Under the pieces are notes generated by a model. It did no database searches. It had not been told where the DNA came from and saw nothing but the letters and a program-made list of their open reading frames with translations. The translations under genes were made by a program, and so were the position numbers. This document shows, piece after piece, positions 7,318 to 15,654 of a DNA stretch of 33,397 bases. Source of the stretch: Thermodesulfobacteriota bacterium. Its GTDB lineage: Bacteria; Desulfobacterota; UBA8473. The number at the start of each line of letters is the position of its first letter. Position 1 is the first letter of the stretch. The stretch covers positions 1 to 33,397 of the forward strand of contig JAXHSZ010000068.1 of the NCBI GenBank assembly GCA_034190725.1, in the 5' to 3' direction.

Positions 7318-9690
7318 ATGACTGTCAGTGCTGTATCACCACAGACATTGAAGGAAAATATCTGTTTCAAGACCCTGAAAGTACCTCTCAGGCCCGGGGT
7401 AAGACTCTGCCTCGAACGTCCTCGACTGTTGACCCAGTCATATAAAGAAACAGAGGGTGAGCCCATGGTCTTAAGAAGGGCAAAAGCCCTGAGCAGAATA
7501 CTTGAGAATATGACGGTGTATATACAAGACGGCGAGCGAATTGTTGGTAATTTCGCAAGTGATCCCCATTCACTCACATTCTATCCTGAGTTGTATTGTA
7601 GATGGGTCGAGAAGGCGGTGAATGACGGGTATAGAGATCTCCTGGACGAACGGGGGATAAATGAACTGAGGGAGATCAATGAATACTGGGGAAACAAGTC
7701 CGTGCACAGCCTCGATTCAAAGTACGTGTCCCGGGACTACTGGAGGGACACGGGAGGCGCGTTTGTATGGTTTTATCTGTTCGAAGGGGGAATACCGAAT
7801 TATGAAAAGATATTTCAGATTGGGCTCAACGGGATTATGGAAGAGGTAGAAAGGAGACTGACTGAGCTCGAGAACGATGCTGCAATCCATGCAAAGGATT
7901 TCATTGAGCAGAAGGACACCCTGGAAGCACTGATCATATCTCTCAGGGCGGTCATCAATTTCTCGAAGCGATATGCAGGCAAGGCAAAGGAACTTGCCCG
8001 AGACGAGGGGGACGAAAAACGAAGTAGGGAACTTCTGGAAATCGCTGCGATCTGTGATTGGATCCCTGCGAACCCACCGACAACATTCCATGAAGCACTC
8101 CAGTCCTTTTGGCTGATACATATGATCACACATATCATTGAGATACCCATGGTCGGGTGTGGCGTGCGATTCGACCGAATTTTCTATCCTTTTTACAAAA
8201 AGGACAGAGACGAAGGAAGAATTACAAAGCAAGAGGCTCAAGAGCTTTTAGAATTCTTATGGGTCAAGTTCGAAGAGGTGGGGCATCTTCATCCTCCAAT
8301 GATGGCAGAGGCCGGTGCAGGGGCCAACATGTGGCAGACCATAATTATCGGTGGAACTACTCCTGAGGACGAGGATGCCACCAACGAGGTTTCCTATCTG
8401 GTTCTTGATACGGCAAAATCAATGAGAACTTTGCAGCCCCCCGTGGCTATTCGATACCATGACAAAATACCCAATGATCTTATCATGAGCGCCATTGATC
8501 TCATAAAGGTATCCCATGCTCATCCGGCCTTCTTCAACGACAAAGCCATGATCCCCTGGCTTACGACAAAGAAGGGGATCCCCCTGGAAGATGCTTTAGA
8601 CTATGGTATAAACAGTTGCATGGAGTGGAATATCCCTGGCAAGAATATTCTCACGCGCACTTCCGCAGGGTTGATTTTACTCCCAAAGTGTTTGGAATTG
8701 GCATTGAATATGGGTGTAGACAAGTTCAGCGGGAGACAGATAGGCTATCCCACCCCTGATCCCACCTCATTTCAATCCATTGACGATGTAATGGAGGCCT
8801 TTTTGAAACAGGTACGCTTTTTCTCAGGAAGAGCAGCCAGGATGAGTGATATAGGCGACGCCCTCTATGAAGAATATCTGCCCCGTCCTTTTATGTCGGC
8901 ACTCATAGACGACTGTATTGAAAAGGGGAAGGATTGCCGGAGATGGAGTTACCACGGCAAGAGGGCTCCATGTACGGTCGGAGCCAACAATGTGGCGGAT
9001 TCACTTGCAGCCATGAAGAAGGTCGTCTTTGAAGAGAAAAGGATATCCCTGGACGAACTCTTGGATGCACTCAAGCATAACTGGGACGGGAAAGAGGACC
9101 TCCGCAGACTCATGCTGAGTGCGCCGAAGTTCGGGAATGATGACGATTATGTGGATTTAATGGCAAGGGAAGTCCAGGTGAGGGTGACGGAGGAAATGGA
9201 AAGACATCCAGGTTACTATGGAGTCTCTCTTTCCCCTGAGGGCAGTGTTGCTGCAGCACCGTACGCGATGGCCATCTTCACAGGAGCCACCCCGGACGGA
9301 AGAAAGGATGGTGAACCGTTTCACGATGGGACCATCTCACCGGTTCAGGGGAGAGATACAAACGGTCCCACCGCTGTTCTCAAGTCTGCCTCCAAGGTGG
9401 ATCCTGTTGTCACCTATAATCATCTTCTCAATCAAAAATTCATGCCTCAATTTCTCGAAGGGGATTTCAGAGATGCGTTTACAGCATATCTGAAGACCTG
9501 GTCTGAACTGGGGATTTATCATATCCAGTTCAATGTGGTTGACAGGGATGTACTTTTAGATGCCCAAGAGCACCCTGATGATCACAATGACCTGATGGTG
9601 AGGGTATGTGGGTATGCAGCATATTTCGTGGACATGAGCAAAGGCCTGCAGGACGATATTATTGCCAGGACTGAACAAAAATTATCGTAA
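7318..9690 (+). CDS. glycyl radical enzyme, PFL2-like family, paralogue 2 (Cys loop SCME)
   Basis: It carries the RVCGYAAYFVDM glycine-radical motif and the Cys loop ALDYGINSCMEW (Cys 8617-8619, Glu 8623-8625). It is collinear with paralogue 1 along its whole length. I prefer ATG 7318 (MTVSAV), which is preceded by AAAGGAGGAA. Confidence 0.9.
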   Translation: MTVSAVSPQTLKENICFKTLKVPLRPGVRLCLERPRLLTQSYKETEGEPMVLRRAKALSRILENMTVYIQDGERIVGNFASDPHSLTFYPELYCRWVEKAVNDGYRDLLDERGINELREINEYWGNKSVHSLDSKYVSRDYWRDTGGAFVWFYLFEGGIPNYEKIFQIGLNGIMEEVERRLTELENDAAIHAKDFIEQKDTLEALIISLRAVINFSKRYAGKAKELARDEGDEKRSRELLEIAAICDWIPANPPTTFHEALQSFWLIHMITHIIEIPMVGCGVRFDRIFYPFYKKDRDEGRITKQEAQELLEFLWVKFEEVGHLHPPMMAEAGAGANMWQTIIIGGTTPEDEDATNEVSYLVLDTAKSMRTLQPPVAIRYHDKIPNDLIMSAIDLIKVSHAHPAFFNDKAMIPWLTTKKGIPLEDALDYGINSCMEWNIPGKNILTRTSAGLILLPKCLELALNMGVDKFSGRQIGYPTPDPTSFQSIDDVMEAFLKQVRFFSGRAARMSDIGDALYEEYLPRPFMSALIDDCIEKGKDCRRWSYHGKRAPCTVGANNVADSLAAMKKVVFEEKRISLDELLDALKHNWDGKEDLRRLMLSAPKFGNDDDYVDLMAREVQVRVTEEMERHPGYYGVSLSPEGSVAAAPYAMAIFTGATPDGRKDGEPFHDGTISPVQGRDTNGPTAVLKSASKVDPVVTYNHLLNQKFMPQFLEGDFRDAFTAYLKTWSELGIYHIQFNVVDRDVLLDAQEHPDDHNDLMVRVCGYAAYFVDMSKGLQDDIIARTEQKLS

Positions 9691-9771
9691 TGGATAAGGC
9701 TGAGGGTGAGAAAACCCCTCTGTTTTTGGAGGAAACTCAAAATTGAATTGTTAAAGGAGGAAAAGGTTCGA

Positions 9772-11511
9772 ATGGGAAAAGGTGAAGATCTTACTGCAAA
9801 AGGACAATACCGGTTGGTAAAGACGGAGACTCAATCCGGGATCAAGGTAAAACCATCATACGGCCCTGATGACATAGAAGGGCTTGATTATGAAAAAGAC
9901 CTGGGCGATCCGGGTCAGTGGCCGTTTACCAGGGCCACCCATGATGGACTCTATCGAAACATGCTGTGGTTGCATGAGAACCTATACATGACAGGCAGTG
10001 AGCGGTTTAAGGAAACTTGGATCCATCGAGTGGGGCTGTCAAATCCCAATCCTCCGGGATACGATGGAAACTTTTTTTATAATCCATGCGATGCGGCCCG
10101 GGAAGCAGGAGTGGACCCGGATCATCCCATGGCCCGATTGGAAATCGGTTGCGCCGGTAATGTTCACTATTGCCTCCGTAATTTGGAAGACGACCTTGAA
10201 ACGGTCCCGAACGAAAAATTGAAAACACTTTATCTCTGTTCTTTGGATGCTCCCTCACATGGAGACACACCGAGATATGCGCAGCATATTGCCCTGTTTG
10301 AAAAACGAGGTATACCCCTGGAGGAGATGAGGGGTTTTCAGGTAAATGACGGTATACACATCCATATCATCAGGTGGTGCGACAGTAACCCCCTTGATCT
10401 CAGTTTCAGGTTGAGTGTTGATTCCATGGAATTCAGCGCCAGGAACACGCCCCGATATTATCCCATCTGTCCGAACATGTATGATATGAGAGAGACAGGC
10501 ATAGATGTGATCCAGGAAGTGGCTTTCAATCTGAGCGAGCGAATTGCCTTCATCGATGAAGCCATGAAACGGGGGATCAAATTTGAACAACTCACCCATA
10601 GGATTGACATATCCTTTACAGGAGAGATCGATTTCTTCGAGACAATTTGTAAAATCAGAGCGGCCCGGAGGATGTGGGCCAGAATAGCCAAGGAAAGATA
10701 TGGATGTACCGATCCTAAATATATGAGACCGCCCACCGGGATAAACATGGCAGGCAGCGCCATGACCGCACAGCAGCCCGTAAACAATATCTCCAGAATA
10801 GCAATTATCAGCCTTGCGTGTGCCTTAGCAGGGGTTCGTTCCATACAGCCCAAAAATTTCCTGGAGCCTCTGCCCGTACCGTGGTTGCCCGGGACCATGT
10901 ATCCAAGCATTGCCACCCAGTATATTATCGCTCATGAGACAGGAGTTCCCCTGGTTGCAGATCCATTGGGTGGTTCCTATTATGTTGAGTGGCTGACCAA
11001 TAAGATCGAAGAGGAAGCGAGCAAATTGATGAAGGAGATAGAAGACAGGGGTGGAATACTGGAATGTATCAGGAGCGGTTGGATACAGGGGGAAGCCGAG
11101 AAAAAGGCCCTTGATCTCCAAAGAGAATTGGAGGAGGGGCGAAGGATTCAGGTGGGGGTGAATGCGTTTCAAATACCCAAGGATATAGAAGTACCCATAC
11201 CTGAGATTGAGCTTGAGGATCTGGAAAAGTGTCCCGGTGGTGAAAAGTTTGAAAGCCTGGAGGAGTATCAGTTGAAGATCCTGAAGGAGATAAAGGAGTT
11301 CAAGGAGGGGAGAGATTCAGCCAGGACAAGAGAAGGTATGTTACGACTCCGTGAAGCCTCGGGAAATGGAGAGAACTTGATTCGTCCCATGATAGAGGCA
11401 TATAAAGCCGATGCTACTACCGGGGAGGTAATGGGTATGATCAGAGAAGGCATGGGATACAGTTACGATCCATTCAATGCCATAGAAAGACCGGAATTCT
11501 TAAACCAGTGA
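9772..11511 (+). CDS. divergent methylmalonyl-CoA-mutase-family large (substrate-binding TIM-barrel) subunit
   Basis: Family landmarks are TQSGIKVKPSYGPDD, PGQWPFTRA, FFETICKIRAARRMWARI, MTAQQPVNNI and DPLGGSYYVEWLT. Several canonical blocks (RQYAGF, GLSVAFDL, SGYH) are replaced. There is no fused B12 domain. I prefer ATG 9772, which is preceded by AAAGGAGGAAAAGG. Confidence 0.8.
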   Translation: MGKGEDLTAKGQYRLVKTETQSGIKVKPSYGPDDIEGLDYEKDLGDPGQWPFTRATHDGLYRNMLWLHENLYMTGSERFKETWIHRVGLSNPNPPGYDGNFFYNPCDAAREAGVDPDHPMARLEIGCAGNVHYCLRNLEDDLETVPNEKLKTLYLCSLDAPSHGDTPRYAQHIALFEKRGIPLEEMRGFQVNDGIHIHIIRWCDSNPLDLSFRLSVDSMEFSARNTPRYYPICPNMYDMRETGIDVIQEVAFNLSERIAFIDEAMKRGIKFEQLTHRIDISFTGEIDFFETICKIRAARRMWARIAKERYGCTDPKYMRPPTGINMAGSAMTAQQPVNNISRIAIISLACALAGVRSIQPKNFLEPLPVPWLPGTMYPSIATQYIIAHETGVPLVADPLGGSYYVEWLTNKIEEEASKLMKEIEDRGGILECIRSGWIQGEAEKKALDLQRELEEGRRIQVGVNAFQIPKDIEVPIPEIELEDLEKCPGGEKFESLEEYQLKILKEIKEFKEGRDSARTREGMLRLREASGNGENLIRPMIEAYKADATTGEVMGMIREGMGYSYDPFNAIERPEFLNQ

Positions 11512-11557
11512 TAATAAGAAATCGCAAGGTCTCATTCCATGGAGGTGAAGGTTGAAA

Positions 11558-12115
11558 ATGGAATACAAAACGTCAGACGAAAAGAGAAAGATGAGGGTAT
11601 TAATGGCAAAACCCGGAATCGACACCCATTGGAGGGGTGCTTTTGTTATTGCTCAGGCGCTCAGGGATGCCGGGATGGAGGTGATTTACACAGGAACGTA
11701 TAAAAGTCCTGAGATGGTATTGAATATGGCCATAGAAGAAGATGTGGATGTCATTGCCATGAGTTTTATGGGCGGGTCCCACGTACCTTTGTCCAGAGAG
11801 ATCGTGAAATTGGTCAAAGAAAAGGAGGCTGAGGATATCTGTCTTATTGCCGGTGGGATCATCAGGGATTCCGATAAAGAGGTATTACAGGAAATGGGGA
11901 TTTCCGGGCTGTATGGGCCCGGCACTCCCTTGGACCTCATAGTCGGCCATATTGCCCAGAGGATCAGGAGGGAGAGATGGAATCAACCCGTCTGTTGTAA
12001 AGAGTGTGCCATGTTTTCCCCAACGCAAGAGAATGAGAGAGAAGTTGAGTGTAACGGTACGGTTGTGTCACATGATACAGAGGTCACGGACTGCCTTGAT
12101 TTTCGGTTTTCATGA
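11558..12115 (+). CDS. cobalamin-binding small subunit (B12-binding Rossmann domain) with an atypical Cys-rich tail of about 45 aa
   Basis: The DxHxxG motif is present as GIDTHWRG in RVLMAKPGIDTHWRGAFVIAQAL, with downstream SF..GG and GGII blocks. GGAGGTGAAGG lies upstream of ATG 11558. The tail is NQPVCCKECAMF...ECNG...DCLDFRFS. Confidence 0.85.
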   Translation: MEYKTSDEKRKMRVLMAKPGIDTHWRGAFVIAQALRDAGMEVIYTGTYKSPEMVLNMAIEEDVDVIAMSFMGGSHVPLSREIVKLVKEKEAEDICLIAGGIIRDSDKEVLQEMGISGLYGPGTPLDLIVGHIAQRIRRERWNQPVCCKECAMFSPTQENEREVECNGTVVSHDTEVTDCLDFRFS

Positions 12116-12119
12116 TCAC

Positions 12120-12242
12120 TTGATATTCATGAAATATATCCGCAGGAACCACAAAGGACACGAGGATACCTGGAAGGTCTTCAAGGTGGATCCCAGCACA
12201 GGGGGGTTCATTCCCATGACCGGATGGAGGAAAGCAGAATAG
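12120..12242 (+). pseudogene. 3'-terminal remnant of a second LivK-type substrate-binding-protein gene
   Basis: In frame 3 it reads ...RRNHKGHEDTWKVFKVDPSTGGFIPMTGWRKAE-stop. This parallels the C-terminus of the intact SBP, SHKGGNAWKIFKADPSTEKFIPKTGWRSPE-stop. DNA similarity is also visible (CCACAAAGGA..TGGAAG..GATCC..GGATGGAG). No N-terminal part is present. Confidence 0.65.
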
Positions 12243-12300
12243 GAGTTTCCGACTGGAAATGTTCTTATTATTGAAACTTGAAAGCAAGGAGGTGTAACTC

Positions 12301-13515
12301 ATGAAAAAAGGCGTATTCGTCATTGATTGTCGTGTATTATTCATGGTTCTTGTTTCTACAATCCTCGTTCTTGTATGGGGAAAACCCGGTTATTGTGCAA
12401 AGGGAGTGACTGATGATACCATAACGATGGGTGTCATATTCGATCAAACAGGACCGGCTGCAGAGCCCTGCCTTCTTCCGACAAAAGCAGTGAGGAACCT
12501 CTCTCGATTCATTAACAAACAGGGGGGAATACTTGGAAGAAAGCTGAAGATATTTGTTGAAGATGACCGTTGTGCCATTCCTATGGCCGTGTCTTCCTTT
12601 AAAAAATTAGTCTTCCGGGATAAAATTATTTCTTTACTCGGACCCACAAGCTCAGGTGGTGTCATTGCCTTATTGAGGAGTATTAATAAAGAAAAGGTCC
12701 CTACCATCCCAATATCGGCAATGGAAAGGATGGTCAATCCCTTCCAACGGTATATCTTTACCATTCAGGATACCTACCCTGGTCAGATGAAGGTAATTGT
12801 TGATTATATTATGAAAGATTTGAAGGCAAAAAACCCACGGATTGCATTAGTCTTACCGGATAATGAAACAGGAAAGGCAGATTTAAAACCCGCAATGGAG
12901 AGACTGAAACAATACAATCTGGAGCCTGTAAAAAAGGAGATTCTCAATTATGGTTCCCTTGATGCTACTTCCCAAGTAATGAACCTGAGGAGGGCTCAGC
13001 CTGATTATATTATATCATGCGGTTCACAACCTCAACCAACGATCGTTCTCTTGAGAGAGATGAGAAAGTTTGGTGTGAAGATTCCCTTGTTTTGTAGTTG
13101 GGCGAGTGGGAGCGAAGAGGTAATACGGATAACAGGTGATGCATCTGCATTGCTTTATGTAGTCCATGCCGCAGCCTCATGGTATGATGAGGGACCTGGG
13201 GTGGCTAAGATGAGGGAAATTACTCTCAAATATGAACCAAACACGGAGGAATACCAACGTGGAAAGAACTATACACTCGGTTGGGTTATGGTAACTGTTA
13301 TGTTCGAGGGGATGAAGAGGGCAGGAAGGAATCTTAATGGAGAGACTCTGGTAAAGAGTTTGGAGGGGATAAAGAACTTTGACACGGGAGGGCTCACAGT
13401 ACCAATAAGTTACAGCTCAACAAGCCACAAAGGAGGAAATGCATGGAAGATATTTAAGGCCGATCCATCCACAGAGAAATTTATACCCAAGACTGGATGG
13501 AGAAGCCCAGAGTAA
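12301..13515 (+). CDS. periplasmic substrate-binding protein, LivK/branched-chain-amino-acid ABC type (Peripla_BP_6-like), orphan
   Basis: It has an N-terminal signal sequence (hydrophobic VLFMVLVSTILVLVW) and a type-I PBP layout (ITMGVIFDQTGPAA, LLGPTSSGG). AAGGAGG lies 8 nt upstream of the ATG. No permease or ATPase genes are adjacent. Confidence 0.85.
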   Translation: MKKGVFVIDCRVLFMVLVSTILVLVWGKPGYCAKGVTDDTITMGVIFDQTGPAAEPCLLPTKAVRNLSRFINKQGGILGRKLKIFVEDDRCAIPMAVSSFKKLVFRDKIISLLGPTSSGGVIALLRSINKEKVPTIPISAMERMVNPFQRYIFTIQDTYPGQMKVIVDYIMKDLKAKNPRIALVLPDNETGKADLKPAMERLKQYNLEPVKKEILNYGSLDATSQVMNLRRAQPDYIISCGSQPQPTIVLLREMRKFGVKIPLFCSWASGSEEVIRITGDASALLYVVHAAASWYDEGPGVAKMREITLKYEPNTEEYQRGKNYTLGWVMVTVMFEGMKRAGRNLNGETLVKSLEGIKNFDTGGLTVPISYSSTSHKGGNAWKIFKADPSTEKFIPKTGWRSPE

Positions 13516-13608
13516 AGCCTGGAGCGGAATTTTATCAGAGGCTAATTCTGCGGTTAATATCTTCCTTTTTCTTGACTGTACAGAATATTTCAGTTGCAGA
13601 TGAAAATT

Positions 13609-13648
13609 CAACAAAAGCCACATCATTTTGGTGTGGCTTTTGTTGTTT
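13609..13648 (+). terminator. rho-independent terminator closing the tetR-to-SBP operon
   Basis: Perfect 14-bp stem CAACAAAAGCCACA (13609-13622) / TGTGGCTTTTGTTG (13632-13645) with a 9-nt loop, followed by TTT. Confidence 0.8.
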
Positions 13649-13761
13649 GATGCTTTTGGGTCTTATTTGTCTTTTCCTATGATATTGCAAAATCGCTCTG
13701 ACCTGGAGTAAAAACATATTTTCGGTGACTTATGAATTTTTTGCATACTTGTCGTCATTGC

Positions 13762-13784
13762 ATGTGTTATAATGAATAACACAT
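13762..13784 (+). promoter_or_regulatory. extended -10 promoter (TGTTATAAT) embedded in a 9-bp-arm palindrome, upstream of the hydrolase gene
   Basis: TGnTATAAT matches perfectly at 13765-13773. The inverted repeat ATGTGTTAT (13762-13770) / ATAACACAT (13776-13784) has a 5-bp spacer. Confidence 0.4.
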
Positions 13785-13963
13785 ATGTGCTCAACAAAAA
13801 AAACTCTTTGAGGATTTATCTTCCCTCATATCCAGAGTTTGTCTGTTAGAAACTGGTAAGGTTAAAAAAGATGATTGAAGATCGTATCTGTGCTTGACTC
13901 TTTCAATATTGTCCGTCCGAAACTGATGGTCTATAAAAAACGCTAAATCCCAGGAGCAACAAG

Positions 13964-14755
13964 ATGGTCAAATCAGGAGATGATCTGTCCGTTCTGGATC
14001 TTCCGGAGATACTCCAGTTCGTCTTCTTTCCCAGGAAAGATTTTGGGGGAAAACCCTCCATGGAGGGAGTAACTGATTACCGAATCCCAGTGGAAGATGA
14101 GGTATTCATAGGGTGCCGTTCCCATATTTGCGGAAAAGATTTCCCAAATATACTATACTTTCATGGCAACGGAGAGATCGTAAGTGATTACGATGATGTT
14201 GCCCCTCTGTTTAAAGGGATCGGCGCGAATCTTCTTGTGGCTGACTACAGAGGGTATGGATTCAGCAGCGGGACGCCGACTCTGAGTAGTATGATTGAGG
14301 ATGCCCATAATATATTTCATTTTTTCGTTAACATTCTAAGAGAAGAAGGTTATACGGGCAAGCTTTTTGTTATGGGGAGATCTCTCGGAAGTGCCTCTGC
14401 TTTGGAACTGGCCTGCAATTATCAGGAGCAGATAAGCGGCGTTATTATTGAAAGCGGTTTTGCAAATCTTTTCGATCTGCTGAGAAATATCGGGTTTCCT
14501 GTAGACTCCCTTAACCTATCAGATGAGATTAAAAACTCTACTCTTTCAAAGATTCGTTCAATCAATATCCCTGTTCTCATCATTCACGCTCAGTATGACA
14601 ACATCATTCCCCTTACGGAAGGGATGACGATTTTCGAAAATGTTCCTACGGACCGAAAGAGAATGTTGGTCGTACCGAATGCAGATCACAATAACATAAT
14701 GATTATGGGACTGAATAAGTACTTTGGAGTAATTGAACAATTTGTGTTTCAATAA
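13964..14755 (+). CDS. alpha/beta-fold serine hydrolase
   Basis: The nucleophile elbow is GRSLGS (GxSxG). HGNG is an oxyanion-type motif. The late Asp (AQYDNIIP) and His (ADHNN) are arranged as in a catalytic triad. AGGAG lies 8 nt upstream. Confidence 0.85.
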   Translation: MVKSGDDLSVLDLPEILQFVFFPRKDFGGKPSMEGVTDYRIPVEDEVFIGCRSHICGKDFPNILYFHGNGEIVSDYDDVAPLFKGIGANLLVADYRGYGFSSGTPTLSSMIEDAHNIFHFFVNILREEGYTGKLFVMGRSLGSASALELACNYQEQISGVIIESGFANLFDLLRNIGFPVDSLNLSDEIKNSTLSKIRSINIPVLIIHAQYDNIIPLTEGMTIFENVPTDRKRMLVVPNADHNNIMIMGLNKYFGVIEQFVFQ

Positions 14756-15364
14756 GCTTCTTTAAAAAAGTCGCTAAGGAAATATCAAATTACAATCCGT
14801 ATCAAGCTCACATTTGAGTAGTCGTAAAAAAGAACAGCATATCACCATTGAATTAACCCTCTCAATTCCGGCCTCTTTCAGGCACATTAATGTGGGGGAA
14901 TCCCGTGTTCTTTCTTTACACTCACTCAGGTACTCAAACAGTTATACACATTAAAACTTAATCGTCATTGAAACTTACTGATCTCTTTTTTTATTTCATA
15001 GAACCAGACTATTGCCGGATAGGAGACTTTCAGGATGAATCCTATGGAGATTCATTCTATAGCTTCGCAACATTGAAAAAGAAAGTGTGCATACAGATAT
15101 GGGGAACCTCATAATATTCTTGACATTTTACCGAAATCAATTTAGAAGATTACTATCAGGTTGAGTGAGTCTGACTCAGAGATTGCAGAAAAGAGCCATT
15201 TACTGATAGATTCCAAAAGACACATAGTATGGTATCGTGATGGCGCAATATTTGAGTTTTTTTGGCATATAAATTGCTTCTCCAATATATTGGCGATTAC
15301 ATATCATCAAGACATTCTAAAGTTTTTTTATAGTGTGAAATAATAGGAAATGAAAAATTGACCA

Positions 15365-15445
15365 CGTCATTCCGGCGAAGACCGGAATCCAGTGTCGCTT
15401 CATAATGTTCTTTGTTCTGGATGCCGGATCAAATCCAGTATGACG
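15365..15445. repeat. pair of short palindromic intergenic repeats of the widespread type that mistranslates as WIPxFAGMT
   Basis: CGTCATTCCGGCGAAGACCGGAATCCAG contains the hairpin ATTCCGG-CGAAGA-CCGGAAT, and its reverse strand reads WIPVFAGMT. A second diverged inverted copy, CTGGATGCCGGATCAAATCCAGTATGACG, follows. Confidence 0.5.
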
Positions 15446-15654
15446 AAAGAACTTTGGACTGTCAAGATATCATGAAAAGGAGAAAATTTTTTTCATACTC
15501 AGTTTCAACTCCACCTTGTTTGGAATTATTGCTACCACTTGAAATATACGTTGTTGAAATACAGATGAATATTATCTTTAATGGCCGATACTTCTTGTCA
15601 GTTTCTTTTTCTGAATCTATGTCCGATTGAGTACTGAATGTGTGATATAGAGAT

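Noticed and set aside
4358-11940. Many 60-175-aa ORFs antisense to or nested in tetR, the GREs and the mutase genes, for example 5157-5525(-), 6297-6809(-), 7717-8241(-) and 10458-10916(-)
   Set aside because: They lie entirely inside long ORFs with strong family motifs on the other strand or frame, and they have no motifs of their own.
11952-12242. 96-aa ORF taken as an intact gene
   Set aside because: Only its last 30 or so codons resemble anything (the SBP C-terminus). The 5' two-thirds overlaps the B12-binding gene in another frame. I treat it as a remnant, not a CDS.
13417-13717. Small ORFs over the SBP 3' end and terminator: 13417-13626(-), 13497-13682(+) and 13535-13717(-)
   Set aside because: They span the terminator hairpin and have no SD.
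15161-15630. 60-aa and 72-aa plus-strand ORFs in the spacer before the ExeA-like gene
   Set aside because: The 72-aa ORF begins as a translation of the palindromic repeat (MFWMPDQIQYDE). The other has no SD and low-complexity composition. A TTGACA at 15120-15125 lacks a convincing -10.
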